DNA of 64,000 nucleotides. Source: Scenedesmus sp. PABB004 (lineage: Eukaryota). Shown here one piece after another: positions 25,638-36,563 of the stretch (position 1 is its first letter; each line of letters starts with the position of its first letter). The notes beneath the pieces are model-generated. The model was not told the DNA's origin, did not search any database, and was given only the letters and a program-made list of their open reading frames with translations. Where the stretch lies: positions 2,170,001 to 2,234,000 of the forward strand of contig JABVCE010000002.1 of assembly GCA_014905635.1 (NCBI GenBank), in the 5' to 3' direction. The position numbers and the translations under genes were made by a program.

Positions 25638-27735
25638 GGGCTCGCTCACTTGTTGGCGAGGAAGGTCTCAAACATGTCGCTCCACGCGAGGCGGTCGAGC
25701 GTGTGCAGCTTCTTCTGCAGCGTGAACGGTTCCTGCGGCGCGGCGGCGGCGGCGCGGCGGCAGCGCGGCGGGGGGAGCGTCGGGGGAAGCGGGAGAAGCG
25801 GGGTGAGAGGGGAAGGGAGGGGCGAGGTGTGAAGGAGAGAAGGTGGGGGAGAGTGGGAGAGGGTGGGGGAGAGAGGGAGAAAAGGGTGGGGGAGAAAAGG
25901 AGAGGGCGAGCGGCGGCGTCGGCGGCGGCGGCGGCGGGCGCGGCGCGCGCACGAGCTCGGGCGTCTCGATGCGCTCGCGCAGCCAGTTGCAGCGGTCGCG
26001 GTCGGGGATGTGCATGTACTGCGAGGGGGGTGTGCGGGGGGGGGGGGGGTGCGGGGTGAGGGTGTGTGCGTGTGAGTGGGATGGGGTGTGTGTGGGGGGG
26101 GGGGGGGAGGGGTGTCAGCACGTGAGAGTGCGGAACAGCCACAGCCACCGCAGTCACAGTCACACACAGTCACACACACACACACACACAGTCGCTCACA
26201 CAGCCACACACACAGTCACACGCAGTGTGCCGCACGCGGCGCGGCGGCGCGCCCCACCTCGTAGCCGATCGTCCCGCAGTACGTCTCGCGCAGGCGCGTG
26301 AGGATCTCGCGCAGCGTGCGGATGGGGCGGTCCTCGTTGAGGAAGCCGCTCATGCTCCACGTGCCCAGGAAGAACCTGGCGGCGGCGAGGCGGGGCGAGG
26401 GGCGAGGCGGGAGGGGCGAGCGGGGCAGGGGGCGTGAGGGCTCGGCGGGGCGCTCACAGGGGCGAGCCGGCGCGCGAGGAGGGGCGCGGCGCGGCGGCGG
26501 GCGCGGCGGGCGCCCCCGGCCGCGCCGCCGCGTCAGCGCTAGCCCTACTACTGCCGCTCACTCGCGGTCGAGGTCTGCGTCGGTGAAGCCGTAGCTCGCG
26601 GGGTCGAGCTCCGGGTTGGGCGGGCGCTTGTCGAGGCCGAGCGGGTCGAGCGTCGCGGCAAAGTGCCCGTTAACCTGCGGCCGCCGCCCGCGGCGCGCGG
26701 CGCCGGGTTTTAAGCCCCGCGTCGCTCGAGGCGTGCCGCCGCCCGCCGCCCGCTGCCGCCCGCCGCAGCCGCCCCGCCCGCCGGCCGCCGCGACCGCCCC
26801 GCCCGCCGCCCTGTGCGCTGGCGCCGGCGGCCGCTGCCAGCGCCGCACCTGGTACGCGCGCACGAGCAGCACGAGGCGCATGCTCTCCTGGATCGTCTGG
26901 CTGCTCACCGCCGCGGCGGAGAGCGGGCTCACGACCGCGCCGCGCTCAAACGCGTCGTACGCCTCCGCGATCGCCTCGCCGGGCACGCCGTGCTCTGCGC
27001 GCCACGGCGCGCAGCGACAGGGGCAGGCGCGAGACGCGCGCGGCGGCGGCACGCGCGTGAGCGGGCGGCGGCGAGCGCGCGGCGGCGCAGCGCTGCCGCG
27101 GCGGCGCCGCCCCGGCCCGGCCCGCCCCGGGCCGCCTGCCGGCCGGGCTCGCTGCTCCCGCTGCTGCGCGCGCACCCAGGGCGCGGAAGAACACGCCCCA
27201 CGTCTTGTCGACGCTGCTCGGGTCGGCGCGGTAGCGCGCCTCCAGCTCCTCGATGTACGCCACGCTGGTGCCGTCATTGAAGCTGTCCTTGAGCTTGCTC
27301 AGCGGCACCTGCGCCGCGCCGCCGCGGGCCGGCCACGGTCACGGCCGTGCGCGCGAGCAGCGGCGGCGGCGCGGCGCGCGCGGCGCGCGGCCCGCTGCCG
27401 CCTGCTGTCCGGCTGCGCCCGGATCTGGCGCCGCGGGATCGGCGCCGCCCTCACGGCCGGCCGTGGCGGCGCCAGGGCGCCCCGGGGCGGCGCCCAGGGC
27501 GTGCCGGCGAGGCGCGGCGCATGCGAGCGCGCCTCCCGCCCGGGGCCGCGCGCCGCGGCGCCCCGGATCGCGGCTGCGGTGCGCTGCCCCGCCCGCCAGC
27601 CAGATCCGCCCGGCGCACCGGCTCCGGCGCGTCCCGGCGCGCCGCGCTGGTCGAGAACGGCGCGAGGCGCAGCAGCGACGGCGCGGCGCGCAGCGCCGAC
27701 GCGAGCTTGGCGCCCGCCAGCGTCGTGAGCACCAT
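19461..27735 (-). CDS. OGDH: Mitochondrial 2-oxoglutarate dehydrogenase E1 subunit, about 20 exons
   Basis: [106 protein letters not shown] and [10 protein letters not shown]; presequence [16 protein letters not shown]. Confidence 0.96.
21300..21363. repeat. Intronic tandem array of five GGTCAAC motifs with a 14-15 bp period
   Basis: GGTCAA starts at 21300, 21314, 21328, 21342 and 21357. Confidence 0.85.
23716..23930. repeat. (CA)n/(CACACG)n microsatellite in an OGDH intron
   Basis: Directly visible pure runs of CA and CACACG. Confidence 0.95.
24750..24836. repeat. Interstitial telomere-like (CCCTAAA) repeats inside a ~30-bp unit repeated three times
   Basis: CCCTAAA starts at 24755, 24762, 24785, 24792 and 24814. 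Confidence 0.85.
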
Positions 27736-28132
27736 GGCGGCGGCCGCGGGCGTGCTCAGGCGGCGCCGCGGGGCATCCCGGGCGCGAAACTGTCGCCAAC
27801 GCCCCGCCGCGGGCTGCGCGGGCTGCTGCGAGGGCCGGGGACGCTGCCTGGCTCGTGCGCGCCGCCGGGAACGTTGTCGCGGCGCCGGCGGCAGGGCTTT
27901 CGTGGCGTGACGCCGAGCGCCGCCGCTGCTGACGGCCGGCGGGCGTGCGTGTCCGGGCGCCGCGCTCCAGCCGCGCCAAAGTCGTCCCGAGCTGCCGCGC
28001 CCTCGCCCGCGACCGACGCTGCCGCCGCTGCCGCCGCTGCCGCGACCGCTGACGCTGCTGCCGCGGCGCCGCCCCCGCGCGCCAGTACCCCGCGGCCTGG
28101 CGGCAGCGTGCAGCGCGCTGCGCGAAGCAGCA

Positions 28133-29925
28133 ATGAGCGCGCTGCTGCCGCCGGGCGACGAGCCCGGCGGTGGCGGCGGCGCGAGTCGGCCCGCCACGCC
28201 GCTGCTCGCGACCCTGCGAGGCCTCTGGAGCAGCAGCCCCTCGCCACCGCCGCCGCCGGCAGCTGCCGCTGAGCCGCCACCAGGCAGCGCTGGCGGCGCT
28301 GACGACACAGAAGAGGCGGGCGCGCAGCCGGCGGGCGAGGCGGCGCGCGCACCGCTCTGCAGCTGGCCGCTGACCGGCGCCGAGGCGGGCGCGGAGAGCA
28401 GCCTCGCCGGCGACGGCGATGGCGACGGCGACGCGGGCGACGCGGCGTCGTCGTCCGACGACGACGGCGAGTGGACGCCCGCGACGAGCAGCGACGGCAG
28501 CGTTGACCTGCCGGAGCTGGTCGGCGACCTCATCTACCGCGCCTGGTATGGCATCGACCCGCCCGAGGCGGCGCAGCAGCGCGGCGCGGGCGCCGCGGAC
28601 GCCGCCGGCGCGGACGCGGACGCAGACGCCGAGGGCGAGGGCCCGCCGCGGCCCACCAAGTCGGCGCCCGCGGGCGCGGCGCCGCACGCGGGGCCAGCGC
28701 CGGCGCCGCGGCCGGCGCCGGCGCCGGCGCCGAAGCCGCGCCGCGTGGGGCCGCCGCCGCTGCCGCCGCTGCCGGCGCTGCCGTCGCGGCGGCTCGGCGG
28801 CAGCAGCATCATGCCGGCGTGGCTGCGCGGCGGCCTGCCGAGCGCGTTCACGTTGCGGCACTCGCGCCCGCTCGGCGCGCGCCTGGCGGAGCAGGTCCTC
28901 GGCGACGGCCTCGTCGCGGCGGTGGAGCAGGTGCGTGCGCGCATGCCCGCCCGGCCCAGCCGCCCGCGCGCGCGCGAGCCGAGCTCCCGCGGCGCGGCGC
29001 GGCGCGCGCGTGATGCAGACGCCGCCGCCGCGCGCGACCGCGGGGGCCGCCGCTGGAGCAGGTGCAGGCAGAAATCATCGAGTCTGGCGAGCCGCTCGGC
29101 CCGGCGACGATCAAGTTCTTCGCCCGCGCGGGGGCGGGGCTCGCCAAGGGCTGGGTGCGCCGCGTGGCGGCGGCGGCGGCGGCGGCGCGGCGGCGGCGGG
29201 CGCGGCGGGCGCAGGGCCTGCTGGGGCGCCGCGCCAACCCCATCCAGGGCTCACGTCTCCCAACTCACTCGCCCGCCCGCGTGCCGCAGGCCGACCACAA
29301 CCTGAACCGCGTGTTTGCCGCGTTTGGCCTGTACGTCGCGGCGACGTGCGGCGCGATGCACGCGGCCAAGGGCGGCGTCAAGGCCGCGACGCGGCGCCTG
29401 CGGCCGCGCGCGGCGCCGGCGGTCGCGTTCACCGCCGACGTGCTGCTGCCGACGTCGTTCTTCGGGCCGTTCACCGCGGCGTGGGTCGTGGCGCGCGTGC
29501 TCGTCAAGGTGCGCGTGGGGGCGCACTGCGCGGGCGAAGCCCGCGGCACGCACGCACGCCGAGCCGCGCGCTGTCGCACCACGCCGACCGCGCAGCAGCA
29601 CCGGCGCATCGAGGCGGCGCTGGCGGTGAAGAATAAAGCTGGCGGCGGCGCGCCGGCCGCGCCGGCACCGCACGCACGCGGCGCCAAGCACCGCGCGCCG
29701 CTGCCGCCGGCGCGCTGGCCGCCGCCGCCGCTCGTGCGGCGCAGCAGCAGCCTGGCGGGCGCGCCGCCGCGGCTGCGCGCGGCGCGCGCGGCAGCCGCCC
29801 GGGCGCGCGCAAAGGAGGAGGGCCGGCGGCCCGAACACGAGCACGCCGAGGGCGGCGGCGAGCGCGCGCCATCGCTGCCGCACGCCCCGTCATCCGGGGA
29901 CGTGTGGGGCTTGAAGGAGCCGTGA
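28133..29925 (+). CDS. Hypothetical protein, probably membrane-associated, about 4 exons
   Basis: Coding-like blocks DLPELVGDLIYRAWYGIDPP, LAEQVLGDGLVAAVEQ/VQAEIIESGEPLG, RVFAAFGLYVAATCG and LLPTSFFGPFTAAWVVARVLVK, joined by GT-AG introns; no recognised family. Confidence 0.6.
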
Positions 29926-30221
29926 CGGGGCGGAGCGGCGAAGAGGCGGCTCGCGTGCACGGCAGCGCCGCAGTGCTCCGCTCGCATGTGCCAAACAGCC
30001 CTATGCGGCCTGCATTGATATAAAATCGATGGATTACTGCACAAAAGTTGTTTCAGGCGCACTCGCGCGCCCGGCGGCGCTTCGATCGTGCCGGCCGGGG
30101 CGCGAGCGCGGCGGCGGCGCTTCGTTCAACCGCGGCGCCCCCCGTGCTCCCGCCGCCTCGACGGCCGCTCCCCAGATCACCGTTTGCACAGATCGACCCA
30201 CCCGCGACCAGGCCCGCCGCC

Positions 30222-30925
30222 ATGGCCACCATCTCGGCGTCCTCGCTGCGCTGCTTGGCCCGCGCGGCGCCGCGCCCTGCAGGGCGCGCCGTCGTCGGCC
30301 CCCGCCCGACGGCTCCCGCTGGCAGCGCGGCCCGCCGTGGGGGCGCGGCGGCGCCGCGCGCCGCGCTGCTGCGCCGAGGCGCCGGCGCGGGCCAGCGCGA
30401 CGAGGCCGTGGTGGCCTTCCTCGACTGTGAGCGCCCGCCGCCGCCGGCGCGCCTCCAAGCCTCACCGCGCCCTGACCCGCGCGCCCGCGCCCGCTCGCCA
30501 TGCATGCACGCGCGCGTCCAGCCGCGCCGGCGCACGACGGCGCGGCGGTCGGGGCCGAGGAGGCGGAGCCGGCCACGCCGGCCGGCCTGGTCGAGCTCGA
30601 GGTCTACACGATGGCCGGCGATCGCCTGCGCCTGGCGGTGGCGCCGGGCGTGACGACGATCGGCACCATCCGCGCCGACGTCGCGCAGCGCACGGGCGCG
30701 GACGTCGACGAGGCGCGGCGCACGCGCGCGCCCGCTCTGCGCGCTGCGCGCTGCCCGCGCCCCGCCGGCGCGCCGCGCCGCCCCCGCGCCCACGCCGCGC
30801 CGCCGCGGCCTCGCCGCGCAGGTGCGCCTGAGCTACGCGGGGCGCGAGCTGCCGCCCGAGAGCGACGTCGCCGCGTTCCTGCCCAAGCCGGGCGTCATGG
30901 TCATGCACGCCCTCGAGCGCCTCAT

Positions 30926-30967
<42 letters not shown>

Positions 30968-31700
30968 GGCGGGTGCGTGGCCCGCGGCCGGCGACGCGCT
31001 CGCGCGCGCTGCCGCGGTCGGCGACAGCCGCCGCCGGCGCGACGCCGGCCGCGTGCCGGGCAGCCACTGGGCGGTCCCGGCGGAGGTGCAGCTCGCGCGG
31101 CAGTTCCGGGACCTGCTGCGCCGCCCGATCCCGGGCGTGTCGGCCGCGCCCGACGACGGCTCGCTGTTCCGCTGGCACGTGCAGGCACGTGCACGTGCCG
31201 GACGGTGCCGGTGCCGGCCGCGCGGCGCCGCCCCCTCCCGCACGCCGCCTCCCCGAGCTCATGCCCGGCCGCGCTCACGCCCGTCGCCCGTGCCCGCCTG
31301 CCCGCCGGCGCAGCTCGCAGGGCCTGAGGGCAGCCCATACGCGGGCGGCTGGTTCTCGGTGGAGCTCACCTTTGACGAGGGCTTCCCGGGCTCGCAGCCG
31401 CACGCGCGCTTCGTGACGCCCGTCTGGCACCCCAACGTGACGCGGGACGAGCGCGACGTCGGCTGGCCGCACAGCCCCGGCGGCGGGGTGTGCGTGCACA
31501 TGGGCGGCAGCGTCCGGCGGGGCGTGACGAGCGTGTCCAACGTCCTGGTGGGGCTGCAGCTCCTGCTGGCGCACCCAAACGCCGACTCGCCGGTCAACGG
31601 GCTCGCGGCCACGCAGCTGCGCGACGACCCGGCCGCGTTTGCGGCGCAGGCGGCGGCGATGACGCGGGAGCACGCGATGGGCCGCGCGCGCGGCGCCTGA
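30222..31700 (+). CDS. Fusion protein: transit-peptide-like leader + ubiquitin-like domain (..RLIGG) + poly-Gly + E2 ubiquitin-conjugating (UBC) domain; exons 30222-30426, 30522-30712, 30822-31184, 31314-31700
   Basis: All three splices keep the frame. The UBL aligns by eye with ubiquitin end to end. UBC motifs: WHVQLAGPEGSPYAGG, FVTPVWHPNV, GGVC, LLAHPNADSPVN. Confidence 0.8.
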
Positions 31701-31967
31701 CGCGCAGCACGGCACGGTCCCGGCGGCGGCGGCGGCGGCGCGTCGGGGGAGAGAGGTTCTGAGTTGCACCCGCCGCGCTGGGGCCTGAAACACACACGTT
31801 GCGCCCCCGCGGTGCGGCAGTCCGTGCCCCGCCCTTGCCTCACAGCGTGCAGCTGTGCACCGCTCAGGCCACCAACGCCCGCCAGCAGCCGGTGAGAAAA
31901 CCTGCTGGCCAGGCAGCGCGTCCGCGCTCACAACACCACAACAACGCGCGCACGCAGCGCGCCACGC

Positions 31968-33136
31968 TCACGCCGGCAGCAGCCCGCCGCCGCCCCCGCC
32001 GTCCGCGTGCAGCAGCGGCACGCGCGTGTCGTCGCCGCCCCCCGGCGCGCCGCCCGCCTGCCCCGTCGCGGCCCACATCGCGGCCGCGTGCGCGACGCGC
32101 AGCTGGCGGCGCCGCCGCGCGGCGGCGGACCAGCTCGCGGCGAGCGCGACGTACGCGGAACCGACGAGCGCGCCGGTCACGAACGCGCGCCCGACGGTCA
32201 GCTCCAAAAAGAGTATGCAGACGATCAGCACGACCCACGTGACGCGAATAAAATCGAAGACGTAGTCCGCCGCGCCCGCGGGCTCGTCGGCCGCCCAGAG
32301 GCGCTCCGCGCCGGGCGGGTCGAAGAGGCCCCAGCCGTCGGCCGGCGCGCCCGGCGGCGGCGGCGGCAGCGGCGGCACGTCGGGGAGGTTGCGAATCGGC
32401 GCGCGGCAGACGTCGCAGAGCGTGCTGCCCTTGACGCGGCTCCACTTCTCGGCGCACGAGCGGTGCCGCAGCGCGACCTCGCCCTTGCAGCGGCAGTCGA
32501 GCTGCATCGCCTCGCCCGCCTCAAAGTCCTCGGGCGTGAGCGCGTCGAGGCAGATGAGGCAGGTCGGCAGCCCCGACGCGCTCGCGGCGCGCGGCAGCCC
32601 CCCGCCCGGCTGCTGCTCGCGCGCGCTGGCCGCGCCGCGGCGGCTGTAGCTGCGCGGCACGAAGGGGCTGCCGCCGCCGGCGCCGGCGCCGGCGGCGCTG
32701 CCCGCCGCCGCGGGCGACGCCGGCGCGGAGCCGGGCGGCCGCAGCAGCCCCGCGCCCCGGCCCGCGCGCGGCGAGGCGTCCGCGCCGCCAGGCGGCGCTG
32801 CCGAGCCGCGCGGCGACAGCCCGCTGCCCATGCGCTCCAGGGCCGCCGCCTCGGCCGCCGCCGCGGCCGCGACCGCCGCCGCCGCGGCCGAGCTGGACGC
32901 GCGGTCGCCCGCCAGCGCCGACGCGGCGCGCCTGAACGCCCGGCTCGCCGCCTGCGCTGGCTGCCCGCCGCCGGAGCCGGTGCCGGCCGCCTCCTCGGCA
33001 AGCCAGGCGCCCGGCGCCGGCGCGCTGCCGCCGGCAAACGGCCCCTGCCCGATCTTTGCGGGCGTGGGCGGCACGGCGCCAGTGGGCGCCGCCTGCTGCA
33101 CGGGCGCGGCGCCGGCGCCAAACCCGACAAAGCCGT

Positions 33137-33169
<33 letters not shown>

Positions 33170-34930
33170 TGGCCGCCGCCGCCGCCGCCGCTGCTGCCAT
33201 CGTGCCGGCTGGGATGATCTCGCCCAAACCCAGCTCGTCCAGGCCGCCCGAGCTGCCGGCCCGCACGAGGCCGCGCGGCTGCTGCGCCGGCCGCGGCAGG
33301 CCCAGCAGGCCGCGCGCGGCAGACTCGCGGTCATCCGCCATGCTCACCCAGTGCGCGCCAGCGCTGCTGCCCGGCGGCGCGCGCATGCCGCCACCGCGCC
33401 GCGCGGCGCCCGGGAGGGAGCCGTAGGTGGTGCCGCCCGCGTCGCCGCCGCGCGGCGCGGGCAGCGCGTCGGCCCGGCGCGGCGCGGCCATGCCCATAAA
33501 GGACGCCTCGATCAGCCCCGGCGACGTGCCCAGCTCCGACACCCTACGCGTGCGCGCGGCCCGGCAGGCAGCGCCGCGCGGAGGGGGGCAGTCGGCGGGC
33601 GGCCGTGCCGCAGTGCGGCGGCGCGGCGCGGCGCAGCGTCCGCGCCGCCGCGGGATGACGCGCACACACAGCGCACCTGTTCTGGCTGCTGCTGCGCCGC
33701 AGCGCGCCGAGCACGCGCGGCGACTGCGGCGAGTGGCCCACCAGGCCGACGTAGCCCCCGCCGGCCGGCCCCGCGCTCGCGCGCAGCGACGCGGAGCGGC
33801 CGCCGAGCAGCGGCGACGCGCCGTGCGCCTGCAGCGCCTGCTGCTGCTGCAGCTGAGCGAGCTGGAACTGCTGGTGCTGCAGCAACGCCGCCATGGTCTG
33901 CTCGTGGTGCGGGTGGTGCGGGTTGCCCGCGGCCGCCGCGACCGCGTCGGCGATCGCCGCCGCCGACCCGAACGAGCCCGAGAGCAGGCCCTCGCCCCCC
34001 ACGGGCGGCGACCCCGCGAGCGCGCTCGCCAGCAGCTGCTGGTGCCCGCGCCGCGACAGGCTGCCGGTGCCGCCGAGCGAGCCGGGCGCGCCCGCGCCGC
34101 CCAGCACGCCGCCGCCGCCGCGCGGGCCGCTGCCGCTGCCGCCGAGCGCGCCGCCCGGCGCGAGCCACGCCGCCGCGAGCACGGGGCTGTGGCTGTGGAA
34201 GCTCCCCGGCCCAGGCCCGGGGCCCCGCGCGGACGGCGACGGCGGCAGCGGCGGGCGCTTGTGGACGCCGCCCTCGGGCCCGCCGCCGCCGCCGCCGCTG
34301 GCCCGCGCGCGCGCGAGCTGCGCGCCGCCGGGCGCGAGCAGCTCCTCCGGCCCCGGCGAGCCCTCCGCCAGCACCGCCTGGCTGGGGCTGGGGCTCACGC
34401 TGGACGCCGACGGCACGCGCAGCCGGCTGCGACAACGGACGAGCGGGCGGGCGCGGGCGGACGGCGGCGGGCGGGCGCGGGCGGGCGGCGGCGTGTGGGC
34501 GCGGGCGGGCGGCGGCGCGCGGGGCCGGCCGCTCTTTGCCCCGCGTGGCCGGCGCTCACCTGTACGGCAGCGCCCCTGGGATGAGCACGGGCTGCGAGCC
34601 GCCGCCAGGCTCCGGCACGGCGCGCGGGCCGCCGCCGCGGCTGGCGCTGCTGGCGCGGGTGAGCGCGCCGCCGGCGCTGTTCGCGCGGGCGAGCGCGCCG
34701 CTCCGCGCCCACGCCGCAGCGGGCGGCGCCGCAGGCGCGCCGGCGCTGCTCGCGGAGCGCAGCGTTCTGCCCCCGCCGATGAACTCGGGCGTCGCGGCGT
34801 CCCTGCGCGCGGGCGGGCGCGGCGGCGGTCCGCGCTGCCGCTGCCGCCGCCGCCGCCGCTGCCGCTGCGCGTGCGCCGGGCGGCGCGCCGCCTCACCCCG
34901 GCTGCGGCGCCGCGCCATGCCAGAGGCCAT
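31968..34930 (-). CDS. RING-CH (RINGv/MARCH-type) membrane E3 ubiquitin ligase with a long low-complexity N-terminus
   Basis: C4HC3 CLICLD...CRCKGEVALRHRSCAEKW...CDVC followed by two hydrophobic helices; 5' exons and start are less certain. Confidence 0.8.
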
Positions 34931-35357
34931 CCCAGAGGTGCATGCCGAGCGCCGCCGCTGCTGCTGCTGCTCCGCTGTCGCTGCCCGCCCCGCCAAGCGA
35001 CGCGCCCGGTCGTGCTCGGCGTCTTCAGGCGCGACTGAGCAGAGCGCAGCGTTGTGCGCGCCCGCGAGCTGCGGCGGTTCTGGTGCGACCTGCGCGGCGG
35101 CGCCCTGCGACGCGGCGCCCGCGCACTAGTGCGCGCAGTACTGCGCGCGCAGTACTGCGCGGGCGCCGGCCCGCGTCGGTGCTGTCGGTGGCGGTCAGTG
35201 GGTGCGTGGCCAGGATGATTTGAGCTGCTGTTACCCCGCTGCGGCACACGGGCGGCGGCGCAACCCAGAGCAGGGCGCGCAGGCCACGCGACGGCGGCGT
35301 TGTTTGTTCACACACCCGCATCGCACACACCGAGCAACCCTGTTCTTCAGGGCGCTG

Positions 35358-35360
<3 letters not shown>

Positions 35361-35388
<28 letters not shown>
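35361..35388. repeat. (GA)n microsatellite
   Basis: Pure AG run. Confidence 0.9.
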
Positions 35389-35390
<2 letters not shown>

Positions 35391-36563
35391 AAAAGGCATG
35401 CATGACTGCGGCTTTTCTCTAAAAGGCGCACATGGGAAGCAAAGCAAACTCAACGCCCGCGCCCACCCGCCGCGGAAACACACCGCACGCTGTTGGTTCA
35501 GGCGCCGGCGCTGCGAGCCACGCACACAAGAGCAAGCAAGCACCCCCCTCTTGGAGCCATCCTCAGGACGGTCAGGCTCAGCCAAGCCGCTTCAAGCTCC
35601 GCCGCCACACTGGTGCTGCCGCGCGCGCCGCGCAGTCGACAGCGCACGCCACTCCCACAACAACTGGCAGCCCGTGTCGCTGGGAGCACACACGCACGTC
35701 TGCGCGCACGCAAGGGAAATGACCCACACCAGAGCCTCGTGCGGCGGGCGGCACGGCAAGGTGGTGGGTCGGCCCCGCCCTGCCCGCCCGGCCCGGCCCG
35801 CCTGTCGCCATGGTGTTGAGTGCGCGCCCAACAGCCTGCACACGCAATCTGTGCCTGCCCTGCCAGCCGCGGTGGCCGCTTATATGCCAGGCAGCCGCCG
35901 CGCATGCGTGTGCGCGCGACCGACCAGAGGCCCCACCCCCCTCGCGACCGACCAGAGGCCCCCCCCCTCTCCGCCACCGCCGCTGCAGCGTCCGGGAACC
36001 GGTCATGCGCTAGCAGCAGCTGCGGTCTCGCGCCAAACAAAGGTGGCCAGCCGTGGCTGGCCAGCCCGCAAGCTGCAGTTGAGATTTCAGAAATCTGCGC
36101 GCCGAAATCCTGCCAGAGGCAGTGCCACGAGACTTATGCGCCGCCCAGCCACGCCACGCGCCTGCCGCACGGCCTCGCCCAGCGGCGCCACTGCCAAGCC
36201 AGTGCCGCTGGTCCAACATTGGGTGATGTACAGCCAGCCAACATCCCAGAGCAGCTTGCTGATTGCGGCCGAGGGGCAAGGCACCCGTCAGCCCTCGTCA
36301 GCACGTGAGCCCTCTGCAGCCGGCAGCCAAGGTCATGCATTCTGCGCCGCCGCGGGCACTGGGAGATGTCAGCCCGACGAGCGCGCCCCCCGCACGCGCC
36401 CCTGAAGTTAAGGGGTGCTATGCCACCGTGTTGCTATGCCACCGCCGCATGTGCGCGTGGGCGAGGAAAAAAGCTGTGCGGCGGGCCGACGAGACACACC
36501 GAAGCCCCCCGCCGCCGCTGGCGCCTGCGCCTCGTGCGGCGGCGCGCGGGCTGCCGGCTGCTG

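Noticed and set aside
30019..30025. TATAAAA as the promoter of the UBL-E2 gene
   Set aside because: It may equally lie in the upstream gene's 3' UTR; not supportable without TSS data.
35915..35962. 20-bp direct repeat CGCGACCGACCAGAGGCCCC in intergenic DNA
   Set aside because: Only two copies and no associated feature; probably a local slippage duplication.
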